From Arenicellales bacterium (GTDB taxonomy: Bacteria; Pseudomonadota; Gammaproteobacteria; Arenicellales; JAJDZL01): DNA of 64,000 nucleotides. Location of the stretch: NCBI GenBank assembly GCA_965213865.1, contig OZ243928.1, forward strand, positions 2,825,003 to 2,889,002, written 5' to 3'. The position numbers and the translations under genes are program-made. Below are positions 25,707 to 34,229 of this stretch, one piece after another. The notes beneath the pieces are model-generated. The model did no database searches. It saw nothing but the letters and a program-made list of their open reading frames with translations, and was not told where the DNA came from. Numbering within the stretch: the stretch's first letter is position 1; each line of letters opens with the position of its first letter.

Positions 25707-26942
25707 TTAAAAGTGATAGGCAAAAACCAGCTCGATATAGTCATCCTGACGAGTTGGATACTGTACAGTATCGTTTGGATCTGTGTTGATGAAACCCGTG
25801 GCATTCACTTCCACTGACCATTCGTCATCAAGACGCCGACTGAATTCGAATGTAAGCGTCTCCGAGTCGTAATCGAAGTCCTGAATCAGTCCGAAAACAA
25901 ACTGCGTCCCCTCCACGTCATTCAGATCCAGCCGCAGTGCCGTAAACAAATCATCCTGGTTCGGATTCGCGGCCCGCTCTTCGCGCTCATCACGATACCA
26001 TTCGCCGATGAAGTCGACACTCACTTCAGAGTCAAAAACTTCGAAAAAAGTGTACTCCGCACCCAGCATGTAAGCGAGATAATCTTCTTTTCTAATGATA
26101 GGATTTTTTACAGGATGCCAATTATTCGAGAAATTTTCACGCTTTATCGCCTCAGCCTTGATCAGAAAATCACCTGCAACAATACTCATATCAAGTCCAT
26201 ACTGTCGAATCTGCTCGTACACCTGAACCAACTGAGCCTTCTTTGGGCGCATTTGTATCGAGGGCTCGCGCGCAGTGCCCTTGAACGCACTGAGCGCAAA
26301 GTCGACAGCACCGACACTGTTGCTGTATCGCGCTGCGAAATCAACGTGATCATCACCCTTTCTGTCTTCGTATTCTACCGCGTCATTATCGATTGAGGGC
26401 TCAGCGCGCAGCCGGCCTTTGGCACCCGGATAGACACGGCTGCGATGATTGGGCAATATGAAGAATTCCGACACGCCCCAGTCACTCGCAAAGACCAGCT
26501 GAACCATGGATTGTCCCAGGTTGATTTTGCCGAAAAAATCCTCGCCAATATCATCCTGATTGACAATATCAACCAGCGTAGTGAGCTCTCCAACGCCCCA
26601 GAGGACGTGATCAATGCCAATCTTAAACTCCCACTCGCCGTTGCCGACATCGCCATAATTCGCAAAATAAGCCTCGCGGATATCCGCATGCCGGCGCTGA
26701 TCATCACTATTGTCGTAGCGGTAAAATGGCGCAAACTTGAAAACCGCCCCCTGATCGGTCTCGACGTAGAATTCAGGCTCAATTACAAAGCCGGTTGCTT
26801 GCTGGGCCTGTTTCGGATACGCGCCGGTCTTGACATACCCGCGTGATTCAAATCTCACCTCGCCGGAAAGCTCGACTGTCGATTCGGCATTAGAGGCGCC
26901 TGCCACGAAGCCGAGCACCAGTGCACTCAGATAACGTGCCAT
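25707..26942 (-). CDS. Outer-membrane beta-barrel protein, family unknown
   Basis: ORF 25707..27053 is trimmed to ATG 26942 (MARYLSALVLGFVAGASNA, signal-peptide-like). It shows alternating amphipathic strands, Asp/Asn/Gly-rich turns and a C-terminal '...IELVFAYHF' aromatic terminus typical of OMPs. Confidence 0.6.
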   Translation of the reverse strand: MARYLSALVLGFVAGASNAESTVELSGEVRFESRGYVKTGAYPKQAQQATGFVIEPEFYVETDQGAVFKFAPFYRYDNSDDQRRHADIREAYFANYGDVGNGEWEFKIGIDHVLWGVGELTTLVDIVNQDDIGEDFFGKINLGQSMVQLVFASDWGVSEFFILPNHRSRVYPGAKGRLRAEPSIDNDAVEYEDRKGDDHVDFAARYSNSVGAVDFALSAFKGTAREPSIQMRPKKAQLVQVYEQIRQYGLDMSIVAGDFLIKAEAIKRENFSNNWHPVKNPIIRKEDYLAYMLGAEYTFFEVFDSEVSVDFIGEWYRDEREERAANPNQDDLFTALRLDLNDVEGTQFVFGLIQDFDYDSETLTFEFSRRLDDEWSVEVNATGFINTDPNDTVQYPTRQDDYIELVFAYHF

Positions 26943-27182
26943 TCGAATCGCACTCAGAAATATTCCGCAAGCAGTCGATCTCTGGGGGATCAGCTTTGTC
27001 ATTTGCACGACGCTTGGACTTTGTTTGACAGATTGCAGGAACCACAGCGGCACCTATATCGGCAGCTGCAAATGATCCATTATATTGATCGAAGGCAATG
27101 GCCCAGTTTGAAAATCATCCCATTCTGCGGGCTGGAATTGGTATACTTTACCGGAAGTGTATTCAACTTTGGCAGAGCAAAA

Positions 27183-27894
27183 ATGAAGCATTCAGCAAAA
27201 TTCAATTCACCCCCCCCCTCCTCATCATAAGCGGCTGACGGCCCTCGCCGCGGCACTGCTGGCGCTGCCTGCGGCTGCGCAGGTGGACTGGTCGATTGTG
27301 GGTGGGACAGGACCCGGTTTCTGCACCGGGGGCAAGACTGAGATGCAAGCCACCCTTTTTACCGTAACGAGCACTCCCGATAAAAACAGCATAGGATTGG
27401 GCACGTCGGCGCTTACATCCAATCAGGTCAGAGGCTTTATCGGCGGCGGCAGTTTTTCAAAGGTCGCTCTGAGAGTGCTGGAAAGCGAGACGAACCGGGA
27501 GGTTCGCAGCATAAACCTCGGAGAAGTCAATTTTCCCTCCCCCAGCATAGCGGCGAAGACCCACAACATTGCCGGCCTCAAGCAGAACCGGGCCTATGTC
27601 ACCGTTCTTTCTGCCGGGAATCCGGACCCCAAAAACCGGACTTTCGCGAGGCTGTGCTTCCGCACGGCGGCCGATCTGGAGATCCCCCTTGGCTCGGGTC
27701 GCGGCGACGCCGGTCCCGGCGATTCGTTTTCGAGCGGGTGCTACGCCTTCAGCAAGGACCCGAATCAGATCCGGGCCTGCTTTTGCGGAGCCCGGAACTC
27801 GTCAGGCAGCTGGGCGCGCACGGATGCCGAAGACGGCTACGAGTATATGCTGGGCGCCGCCTGGAGACAAAACGTGGGCTGCACGACGAACTGA
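27183..27894 (+). CDS. Six-Cys secreted protein, 5' end interrupted at a C9 tract (frameshifted / phase-OFF as sequenced)
   Basis: ORF track 27283..27894 has a GTG start and no signal peptide. The ATG at 27183 opens MKHSAKFNSPPPSSS*, stopping at 27228-27230. Removing one C from the C9 tract gives MKHSAKFNSPPPPHHKRLTALAAALLALPAAAQVDWSIVGG..., continuous with the 203-codon ORF (236 aa in total). No family recognised. Confidence 0.55.
27210..27218 (+). repeat. Homopolymeric tract, C9 on the coding (plus) strand
   Basis: CCCCCCCCC at 27210-27218, between the ATG (27183) and the signal-peptide core of the gene above. Confidence 0.95.
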
Positions 27895-27980
27895 CGGCGC
27901 TGCGGGCGATTGCCGTCAGGCGGCTTTCGGCCGGCGGCGGCATCTGCCGGACTGGCTGAGGCAGACCGGCAGCCTGATGA

Positions 27981-28008
27981 CCGGAGGCGGCCTGCGGGCC
28001 GCCTCCGG
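27981..28008. terminator. GC-rich hairpin between convergent genes
   Basis: CCGGAGGCGGCC (27981-27992), TGCG, GGCCGCCTCCGG (27997-28008): a perfect 12-bp stem with a 4-nt loop. It lies between stop 27894 (+) and stop 28063 (-). No adjacent U-tract. Confidence 0.45.
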
Positions 28009-28062
28009 TCCGGCAGTTTCAGGCTGAGGCGCTGCCTGATCGAGCATGTGCGCCGCATCGGT

Positions 28063-28749
28063 TCAGCCAATCCCTACAATTGGCAGCAGCTCCCGCAAAT
28101 TCTTGATTTCAGCCTGCGGAATTCTCGGAAGACGATCAAGCGGCTGCTCGAATCGATTGCACCAGGCAACTTGATAGCCAAAGTTTGCGCCGCCTATAGC
28201 ATCCCAGCAGTTAGACGATTGAAAACTGATCTGGAAAGGCTTGATTCCAAACAAGTCACAGGGTATCTGATAAACGGTGCTGGCGGGCTTGTAGATTTTT
28301 TTCTCGTCAGCCGACAGGCACGCGTCGAGATGCTCGGCAATGCCCGTATAACGGACCACCGACTCCAGCATCGCAGGTGAGCCATTGGACAAGACAGCAG
28401 TTTTGATGCCGTGCGCCCGCAACGCCTTCAGCACCTCAATGACCTCTTCGTAGCAGCTTAGACGCAGATAGGCATTCATCAGATCATCCCGAAGCTCCGC
28501 ATCCTGGATGCCACACGAAGCCAGTGAATAATCCAGTGCGTTCTGCGTGACTGTCCAAAAATCCTCATAGACATTCATCAGACTGAGCAGCCACGTGTAT
28601 TGCAGTTGCTTGGCGCGCCATAACTCAGAGACCGCACTCTCATGCTCGCCCAGTCGGCCGGTGTGCGCTGCGGCGGCGGAGTGCACGTCAAACAATGTTC
28701 CGTATGCATCAAACACGCAGACACGAATATCTTTAAAAAGAGCTGGCAT
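28063..28749 (-). CDS. HAD-superfamily hydrolase, (S)-2-haloacid dehalogenase type
   Basis: 'IRVCVFDAYGTLFDVHS' carries the nucleophile-Asp motif DxYGTLxD of L-2-haloacid dehalogenases. Also 'AVLSNGSPAMLES' and 'KKIYKPASTVYQ'. Confidence 0.85.
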   Translation of the reverse strand: MPALFKDIRVCVFDAYGTLFDVHSAAAAHTGRLGEHESAVSELWRAKQLQYTWLLSLMNVYEDFWTVTQNALDYSLASCGIQDAELRDDLMNAYLRLSCYEEVIEVLKALRAHGIKTAVLSNGSPAMLESVVRYTGIAEHLDACLSADEKKIYKPASTVYQIPCDLFGIKPFQISFQSSNCWDAIGGANFGYQVAWCNRFEQPLDRLPRIPQAEIKNLRELLPIVGIG

Positions 28750-29198
28750 CAGCCTGTCCCCGAAAAAACCGATTGCGGGGGCGGCAGCGAATAAGTGCAG
28801 GTGACATGCGCCACCAGGTCTTTGGCCTCATTGCCAGTCAGATCTACCTCTCCGACTGCCAGTCGCTTGCCGAATTTGAAAAGTTTGGCAACTGCGACGA
28901 TGTCACCGGGCTGCGGCCGAATCAAAAAGTTGATGTTCAGATTGGTGGTCAGCGCCATTTGCACATGTCCGGCCCGCGACATAATGGCGCCAAACATCGC
29001 AAAATCAGCCAATGCCATCATCACCGGTCCCGAAATCGTACCGCCGGGTCTGAGATAGTCATCCCGATATACTGCTCGTGCAACGCACTGCCCGGCAGCC
29101 AGATCTTCGACCACAAACCCGAGCGACTCAGCCAGCGGCAAGTGCTCTTTCGTCACTTGATTGAACTGCTCCACCGTGATGGTCATGACAATAAACAA
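28749..29198 (-). CDS. PaaI/YigI-like hotdog-fold thioesterase
   Basis: 149 aa. 'YLRPGGTISGPVMMALADFAMFGAIMS' matches the PaaI-family core. The stop overlaps the dehalogenase ATG (ATGA at 28749). Confidence 0.78.
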   Translation of the reverse strand: MFIVMTITVEQFNQVTKEHLPLAESLGFVVEDLAAGQCVARAVYRDDYLRPGGTISGPVMMALADFAMFGAIMSRAGHVQMALTTNLNINFLIRPQPGDIVAVAKLFKFGKRLAVGEVDLTGNEAKDLVAHVTCTYSLPPPQSVFSGTG

Positions 29199-29258
29199 TT
29201 ATTCCTGTCTTTTTATTTGTAAAATAAAAGACTTATAAACTTACTTCAATTTGACTCT

Positions 29259-30080
29259 ATGACTGAGCACCATATCACCCATCCGCCGAGCGCCGCATCT
29301 GCCTTAGTACTCCGGGAAAACTTCGGCACCATCGCCAAATTGACCTTGAATCGGCCTCATCAGTATAACCCGCTGTCTGATGGCATGCTGACAGAACTGC
29401 AAGCTTCACTGGATGACCTGTCCACTGACAAATCCATACATACAGTCATCATCGCAGCAGCTGGAAAAGCTTTCTGCGCTGGGCACGACCTAAAGGAAAT
29501 TCGCAGTCACGATGTGGATTTCGCACGCCAGCTGTTCGCGAAGTGCAGTGCAATGATGATGTCAATTTTGCGTTTGCCGCAGCCCGTCATCGCGCAAGTG
29601 CAGGGGATTGCAACCGCTGCGGGCTGTCAGCTGGTCGCCAGCTGCGACCTGGCGATGGCCTCGAGCGAAGCTGAGTTTGCCGTTTCTGGCGCAAATCTGG
29701 GACTGTTCTGCTCAACGCCCGCCGTTGCGCTGAGCCGCAGCGTATCTCGCAAAACTGCATTGGAGATGCTATTTACCGGCGAATTTATAGACGCTGATAC
29801 AGCCGTCGCCAAAGGCTTGGTGAATCGTGCAGTCGATGCCGTCGAGCTGGAAAACTGCACTATGCAGCTCGCCCGGTCGATTGCGGAAAAGCCGCGAGAG
29901 GCGCTGGCACTAGGCAAGCGCGTTTTCTATGAGCAGATCGAGCAAGGCGTTTCGCGCGCATATGCAACGGCCAGTGACGGGATGGTGTGCAACTTGAGGT
30001 ATCCAGAGACCGCTGAAGGCATTGATGCCTTTATACAGAAACGCAAGCCCTCGTGGCTGACTGTGGATCATCTGGCATAG
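29259..30080 (+). CDS. Enoyl-CoA hydratase/isomerase (crotonase) family protein
   Basis: 'IIAAAGKAFCAGHDLKEI' (oxyanion-hole segment) and 'VQGIATAAGCQLVASCDLAMA'. Confidence 0.85.
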   Translation: MTEHHITHPPSAASALVLRENFGTIAKLTLNRPHQYNPLSDGMLTELQASLDDLSTDKSIHTVIIAAAGKAFCAGHDLKEIRSHDVDFARQLFAKCSAMMMSILRLPQPVIAQVQGIATAAGCQLVASCDLAMASSEAEFAVSGANLGLFCSTPAVALSRSVSRKTALEMLFTGEFIDADTAVAKGLVNRAVDAVELENCTMQLARSIAEKPREALALGKRVFYEQIEQGVSRAYATASDGMVCNLRYPETAEGIDAFIQKRKPSWLTVDHLA

Positions 30081-30132
30081 ACCCAGTCATCCTCTGGCAT
30101 CCGCTTGCCAATCTGAATCCAGCTGCCAGCGA

Positions 30133-31896
30133 CTACAGCTTTACATACGTGCCGGGCGCATCCGCCAGCGGCATGAATGCATCGCTGCCCGCCTGGCGGG
30201 CGGGCACCTTCTCACCACTGAATCTTGCATTCCACTCAGCCCATTCCGGCCACCAGGAGCCGCTCTTGTAGACCGCTCGGCTGCGCCATTGATCAGGCGA
30301 GTTCGCGAGACGATAGCGATGGGTCCAATAGCCGTACTTTTTCCTAGCGGGCGGATTGATAATGCCAGCGATATGTCCGGACTCACCTAAAAGAAACTTT
30401 TTGTTGCCTGAGAATTGCCGAGTGCCGGCATAGGCAGATTTCCACGGTGCGATGTGGTCCTGCTCCGTAGCTACGAAACAGGTCGGAATATCAACTTTGG
30501 ATAAATCGATCGCCACATCAAGCACTTCCAGCCCGCCGGGCTGCACGAGGCGATTTTCCAGATACATTTTTCGCAAATACTGGCTGTGCATGACAGCGGG
30601 CATCCGAGTCGAGTCAGAATTCCAATGCAGCAGATCGAACTTGCCAGGCGATTTGCCCAGCATGTAATTATTGATGACGAAGTGCCATATCAAATCATTC
30701 GCGCGCATCATGCTGAACGCTGATGCCATTGACTTTCCATCAAGATAGCCAGTTTGCTGCATGGTTTTTTCCAGTTCTGCGACACTGTTCTCGTCGACAA
30801 AGACACCCAAATCACCCGGCTCCGAAAAATCGATCATGGTCGTGAAAAAAGTTGCGCATTGAACACAGCGAGCGCTTTCGGGCTGCTGAGCCAGATAGCC
30901 CAGATAAGTCGCCAGCAGCGTGCCGCCGAGGCAATATCCAATCGCGCTGATTTTCGGTGACGCGGCAACTGACCGAATGATGTCAGCCGCCCAAACAGGA
31001 CCCAAGCGCAGATAATCCTGATATTCCATGTCTTTGTATGACTCGTCAGGATTCATCCATGACAAGACAAAAACCGTAAAACCCTGTTCCACAGCCCACC
31101 GGATAAATGAATTTTTCTCAGACAGATCTAAAATGTAGTACTTGTTGATCCATGGCGGTATGATCATCAGCGGAACCTCGCTGACCTCATCAGTACTCGG
31201 TGAGTATTGAATCAGCTCAACGAGCTCATTGCGGGCGATGACTTTGCCAGGTGCGGTCGCAATGTTCTCCCCAAGCCTGAAAGCCTGGTCTTCGACCATC
31301 CGCACACCCCTGCCCCGCTCAAGATCGTCCGCAAAATTCTTCAGCCCGCTGACCAGACTGCGTCCTTCTGTCGCCTTCAGCTCCTCCAGCACCACTGGAT
31401 TGGTCAGAACGCTGTTGGTCGGCGCCAGAGCATCAATCCACTGCTGTTTGAAAAACTCAAGCTTGTGCTGCTCTTTCTCTGACAGGTTTGCCGGGTTTGC
31501 AAAAATACGGTCTAGGAATTCGGACTGAATCAGATAGAATTGCTTAAGCACATCAAACCAGAGGTTGTCACGCCACTGCGGCGCTGTGAATCTCGCATCA
31601 TTCACTGCGGGCTGGATGACCGGCTCAGCCTCCAAACCTTGATTTTTCAGCAATGCGTAGCGCGTCAATTGCGCCAGATGCCCGAAGCCTTGCGCATAAG
31701 ACTGTGAAATTTGCTCCAGATTCTGTCCGAATGCCGCCTTGAGAAAAAGAGTGCTTAATTCCATCGAATGCAAGGTGGCATCAGATTGTGATGAGCTCTT
31801 GCTGATTGCGGCGGCAACACGTGCATACTGTCGATGAAACTCTTGCACTGCCTCAGCCTGCCGCTCAGTTGGCGCCTGCGGTTGTGAATGCATCAT
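30133..31896 (-). CDS. phaC: Class I poly(3-hydroxyalkanoate) synthase
   Basis: 587 aa. The lipase-box-like 'ISAIGYCLGGTLLA' carries the catalytic Cys. Also 'PLMIIPPWINKYYILDLS' and 'GESGHIAGIINPPA'. Confidence 0.9.
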   Translation of the reverse strand: MMHSQPQAPTERQAEAVQEFHRQYARVAAAISKSSSQSDATLHSMELSTLFLKAAFGQNLEQISQSYAQGFGHLAQLTRYALLKNQGLEAEPVIQPAVNDARFTAPQWRDNLWFDVLKQFYLIQSEFLDRIFANPANLSEKEQHKLEFFKQQWIDALAPTNSVLTNPVVLEELKATEGRSLVSGLKNFADDLERGRGVRMVEDQAFRLGENIATAPGKVIARNELVELIQYSPSTDEVSEVPLMIIPPWINKYYILDLSEKNSFIRWAVEQGFTVFVLSWMNPDESYKDMEYQDYLRLGPVWAADIIRSVAASPKISAIGYCLGGTLLATYLGYLAQQPESARCVQCATFFTTMIDFSEPGDLGVFVDENSVAELEKTMQQTGYLDGKSMASAFSMMRANDLIWHFVINNYMLGKSPGKFDLLHWNSDSTRMPAVMHSQYLRKMYLENRLVQPGGLEVLDVAIDLSKVDIPTCFVATEQDHIAPWKSAYAGTRQFSGNKKFLLGESGHIAGIINPPARKKYGYWTHRYRLANSPDQWRSRAVYKSGSWWPEWAEWNARFSGEKVPARQAGSDAFMPLADAPGTYVKL

Positions 31897-32426
31897 TGTC
31901 GAACTCTCCGAATATTCTTGCCCTTGGCTGAGCCTTGGTCGACTCCATTTGCGGTGACTTTTTGCCGTGCCTTGAAGCGGCCGTTCTTGCAGGGAACTTT
32001 GACTTTCGCCTCACCGGTCAATACGACCTCGTCGCCCACCAAGCAGGCTGTCTCAAGCGTTGCAAACGGACGCTCTTCATCCAGCTTGACAATCTTGACC
32101 CGGGCTGTCACCGTATCTCCGACTTTCACCGGATGGGTAAACTTCAAGCTTTGATCCATATAAATGCACCCTGGGCCCGGCAGCCTCGTACCGATTAGAG
32201 TTGAAATCAAGCTCGCAGTCAGCATACCGTGCACAATCGGTTCACCGAATTTCGTTCGGCTGGCAAATTCATGGTTCTGGTGCAGGGGATTGGTATCTCC
32301 CGAAACACCGGTGAACATCAAAACATCCGCATCAGTCAGAGTCTTGCCGTAGTATGCCGACATGCCAACACGCAAATCTTCGTAATAGTAGCCATGCAAA
32401 TCAGAGATTGTCTGCTCGTCAACCAT
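31893..32426 (-). CDS. phaJ: (R)-specific enoyl-CoA hydratase, MaoC/PhaJ type
   Basis: 'FTGVSGDTNPLHQN' is the hydratase-2 motif. The stop overlaps the phaC ATG (ATGA at 31893-31896). Confidence 0.85.
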   Translation of the reverse strand: MVDEQTISDLHGYYYEDLRVGMSAYYGKTLTDADVLMFTGVSGDTNPLHQNHEFASRTKFGEPIVHGMLTASLISTLIGTRLPGPGCIYMDQSLKFTHPVKVGDTVTARVKIVKLDEERPFATLETACLVGDEVVLTGEAKVKVPCKNGRFKARQKVTANGVDQGSAKGKNIRRVRQ

Positions 32427-32573
32427 AATTCAACCTATAGTCCCTTCATTTTGTGGTACAAGTAAATTTCAATCATCAATTCATTCAATATAATCTTGCA
32501 TCGCTTGCATGGGCGCTTGGCGGCTGCAGGCATAAAGGCAAATCGCATCCGCAGTATCGTTCATTCACTTGAT

Positions 32574-34229
32574 ATGCACTCTCAATTCAACCCTCGCGAA
32601 CAGCATCTCGGGAAAAACGCCGCCAACTGTGTTCCGCTTTCGCCGCTGAGTTTTCTGGAACGCAGCGCAGCAGTTTATCCGCAGCGCGCATCGGTTGTTT
32701 ATCGCCAGACGCGGCATACATGGGCACAGACTTACCGGCGCTGCCGCCAACTGGCCAGCTCATTGGTCGGCTTGGGGGCAGCACGGCAAGATACCGTTTC
32801 TGTGATCGCACCGAATATACCGGCATTGTATGAGATGCATTTCGCAGTTCCGATGGCCGGCGCTGTGCTCAACACCATCAACACCCGACTGGATGCGAAA
32901 ACAATCGCTTTCATGCTGAACCATGCCGATACAAAAGTCTTATTCGCAGACACTGAATTTGCCGAGGTTGCTGCCAGCGCCCTGAAGGATGTTAGCCATG
33001 ATATCCATATTGTATACATTCAAGATGACGCAGTGCAATATATTTTGCCCAATGGCGCACTTGAATACGAGACATTGATCGCTCAGGGCGATGCGAATTT
33101 TCTCTGGTCACAGCCTGAAGACGAGTGGGATGCAATCTCATTGAACTACACTTCAGGTACGACAGGTAATCCAAAAGGTGTGGTCTACCATTATCGCGGC
33201 GCATATCTTAACTCTCTAAGTAACGCATTAAATTGGAATATTTCAGGATTTCCAATATATCTTTGGACATTGCCGATGTTTCATTGCAACGGCTGGTGCT
33301 TTCCCTGGACCCTCGCCATGCTTGGCGGAACAAGCATTTGCCTGCGCAAAGTGGATGCTGCAAGTATTTTTCAGGCCATAGAGAAATATCAGGTTACCCA
33401 TTTTTGCGGTGCGCCAATCATACTCGGAATGATTGTCAATGCCACTGCATCCGAGCGACGATCTCTCAACCGCACAATTGAGGTCATGACAGCCGCTGCG
33501 CCGCCGCCGTGCGCAGTCCTTGAGCGCATGGAAAAAGCCGGTTTCAATATGACCCACGTCTATGGACTGACTGAAACGTATGGACCGGCCGTCATCTGCG
33601 AATGGAAAGATGACTGGAATCAGCTGTCTGATTCTGAGCGAGCTCAATATAAATCGCGGCAGGGCGTGCCCTATTCCGTACTCGAAGACCTGGAGGTGAT
33701 AGACAGCGCTGACCTGTCTTGGGTGGCCGCCGACAGCGTCAGTCTCGGGGAAGTGATGTTTCGCGGCAATAATGTGATGAAGGGCTACCTCAAGGATCCA
33801 GCTGCTACCCAAGAGGCTTTTGCAGGCGGCTGGTTTCGCTCAGGTGATCTTGGGGTCATGCATCCCGATCGCTACATCCAGCTTAAAGACCGCTCCAAGG
33901 ACATTATCATCTCTGGCGGTGAAAATATTTCTTCCATCGAGGTCGAAGATGCACTGTTCTCTCACCCGGCCGTGATTGAGGCTGCGGTCGTTGCGAAACA
34001 AGATAAAAAATGGGGCGAGACACCATGCGCATTTGTCAAACTCAATCCCGACTGCCAGCCTCAGCCGACACAGCAGGATTTGATCGAGCACTGCAAGAAT
34101 ACGATCGCTCGCTTCAAGGCGCCAAAGGAAGTGATTTTCGGCGAGCTGCCCAAAACCTCGACTGGAAAAATTCAGAAGTATCTGCTTCGCGAAAGAGCCA
34201 ATGCGCTTCCCGCGCATATTCAAAAATGA
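32574..34229 (+). CDS. AMP-forming acyl-CoA synthetase
   Basis: ORF 32496..34229 is trimmed to ATG 32574. 'NYTSGTTGNPKGVVY' is the AMP-binding motif; also 'GGWFRSGDLGV' and 'TSTGKIQKYLLRE'. Confidence 0.85.
   Translation: MHSQFNPREQHLGKNAANCVPLSPLSFLERSAAVYPQRASVVYRQTRHTWAQTYRRCRQLASSLVGLGAARQDTVSVIAPNIPALYEMHFAVPMAGAVLNTINTRLDAKTIAFMLNHADTKVLFADTEFAEVAASALKDVSHDIHIVYIQDDAVQYILPNGALEYETLIAQGDANFLWSQPEDEWDAISLNYTSGTTGNPKGVVYHYRGAYLNSLSNALNWNISGFPIYLWTLPMFHCNGWCFPWTLAMLGGTSICLRKVDAASIFQAIEKYQVTHFCGAPIILGMIVNATASERRSLNRTIEVMTAAAPPPCAVLERMEKAGFNMTHVYGLTETYGPAVICEWKDDWNQLSDSERAQYKSRQGVPYSVLEDLEVIDSADLSWVAADSVSLGEVMFRGNNVMKGYLKDPAATQEAFAGGWFRSGDLGVMHPDRYIQLKDRSKDIIISGGENISSIEVEDALFSHPAVIEAAVVAKQDKKWGETPCAFVKLNPDCQPQPTQQDLIEHCKNTIARFKAPKEVIFGELPKTSTGKIQKYLLRERANALPAHIQK

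Noticed and set aside
27569-28070. Overlapping ORFs 27569..28027, 27654..27959, 27749..27943, 27837..28070 and 27910..28380 in the GC-rich patch after the C9 gene.
   Set aside because: They are mutually overlapping Arg/Pro/Gly/Ala-rich frames with no motifs. 27910..28380 also runs antisense into the well-supported dehalogenase gene.
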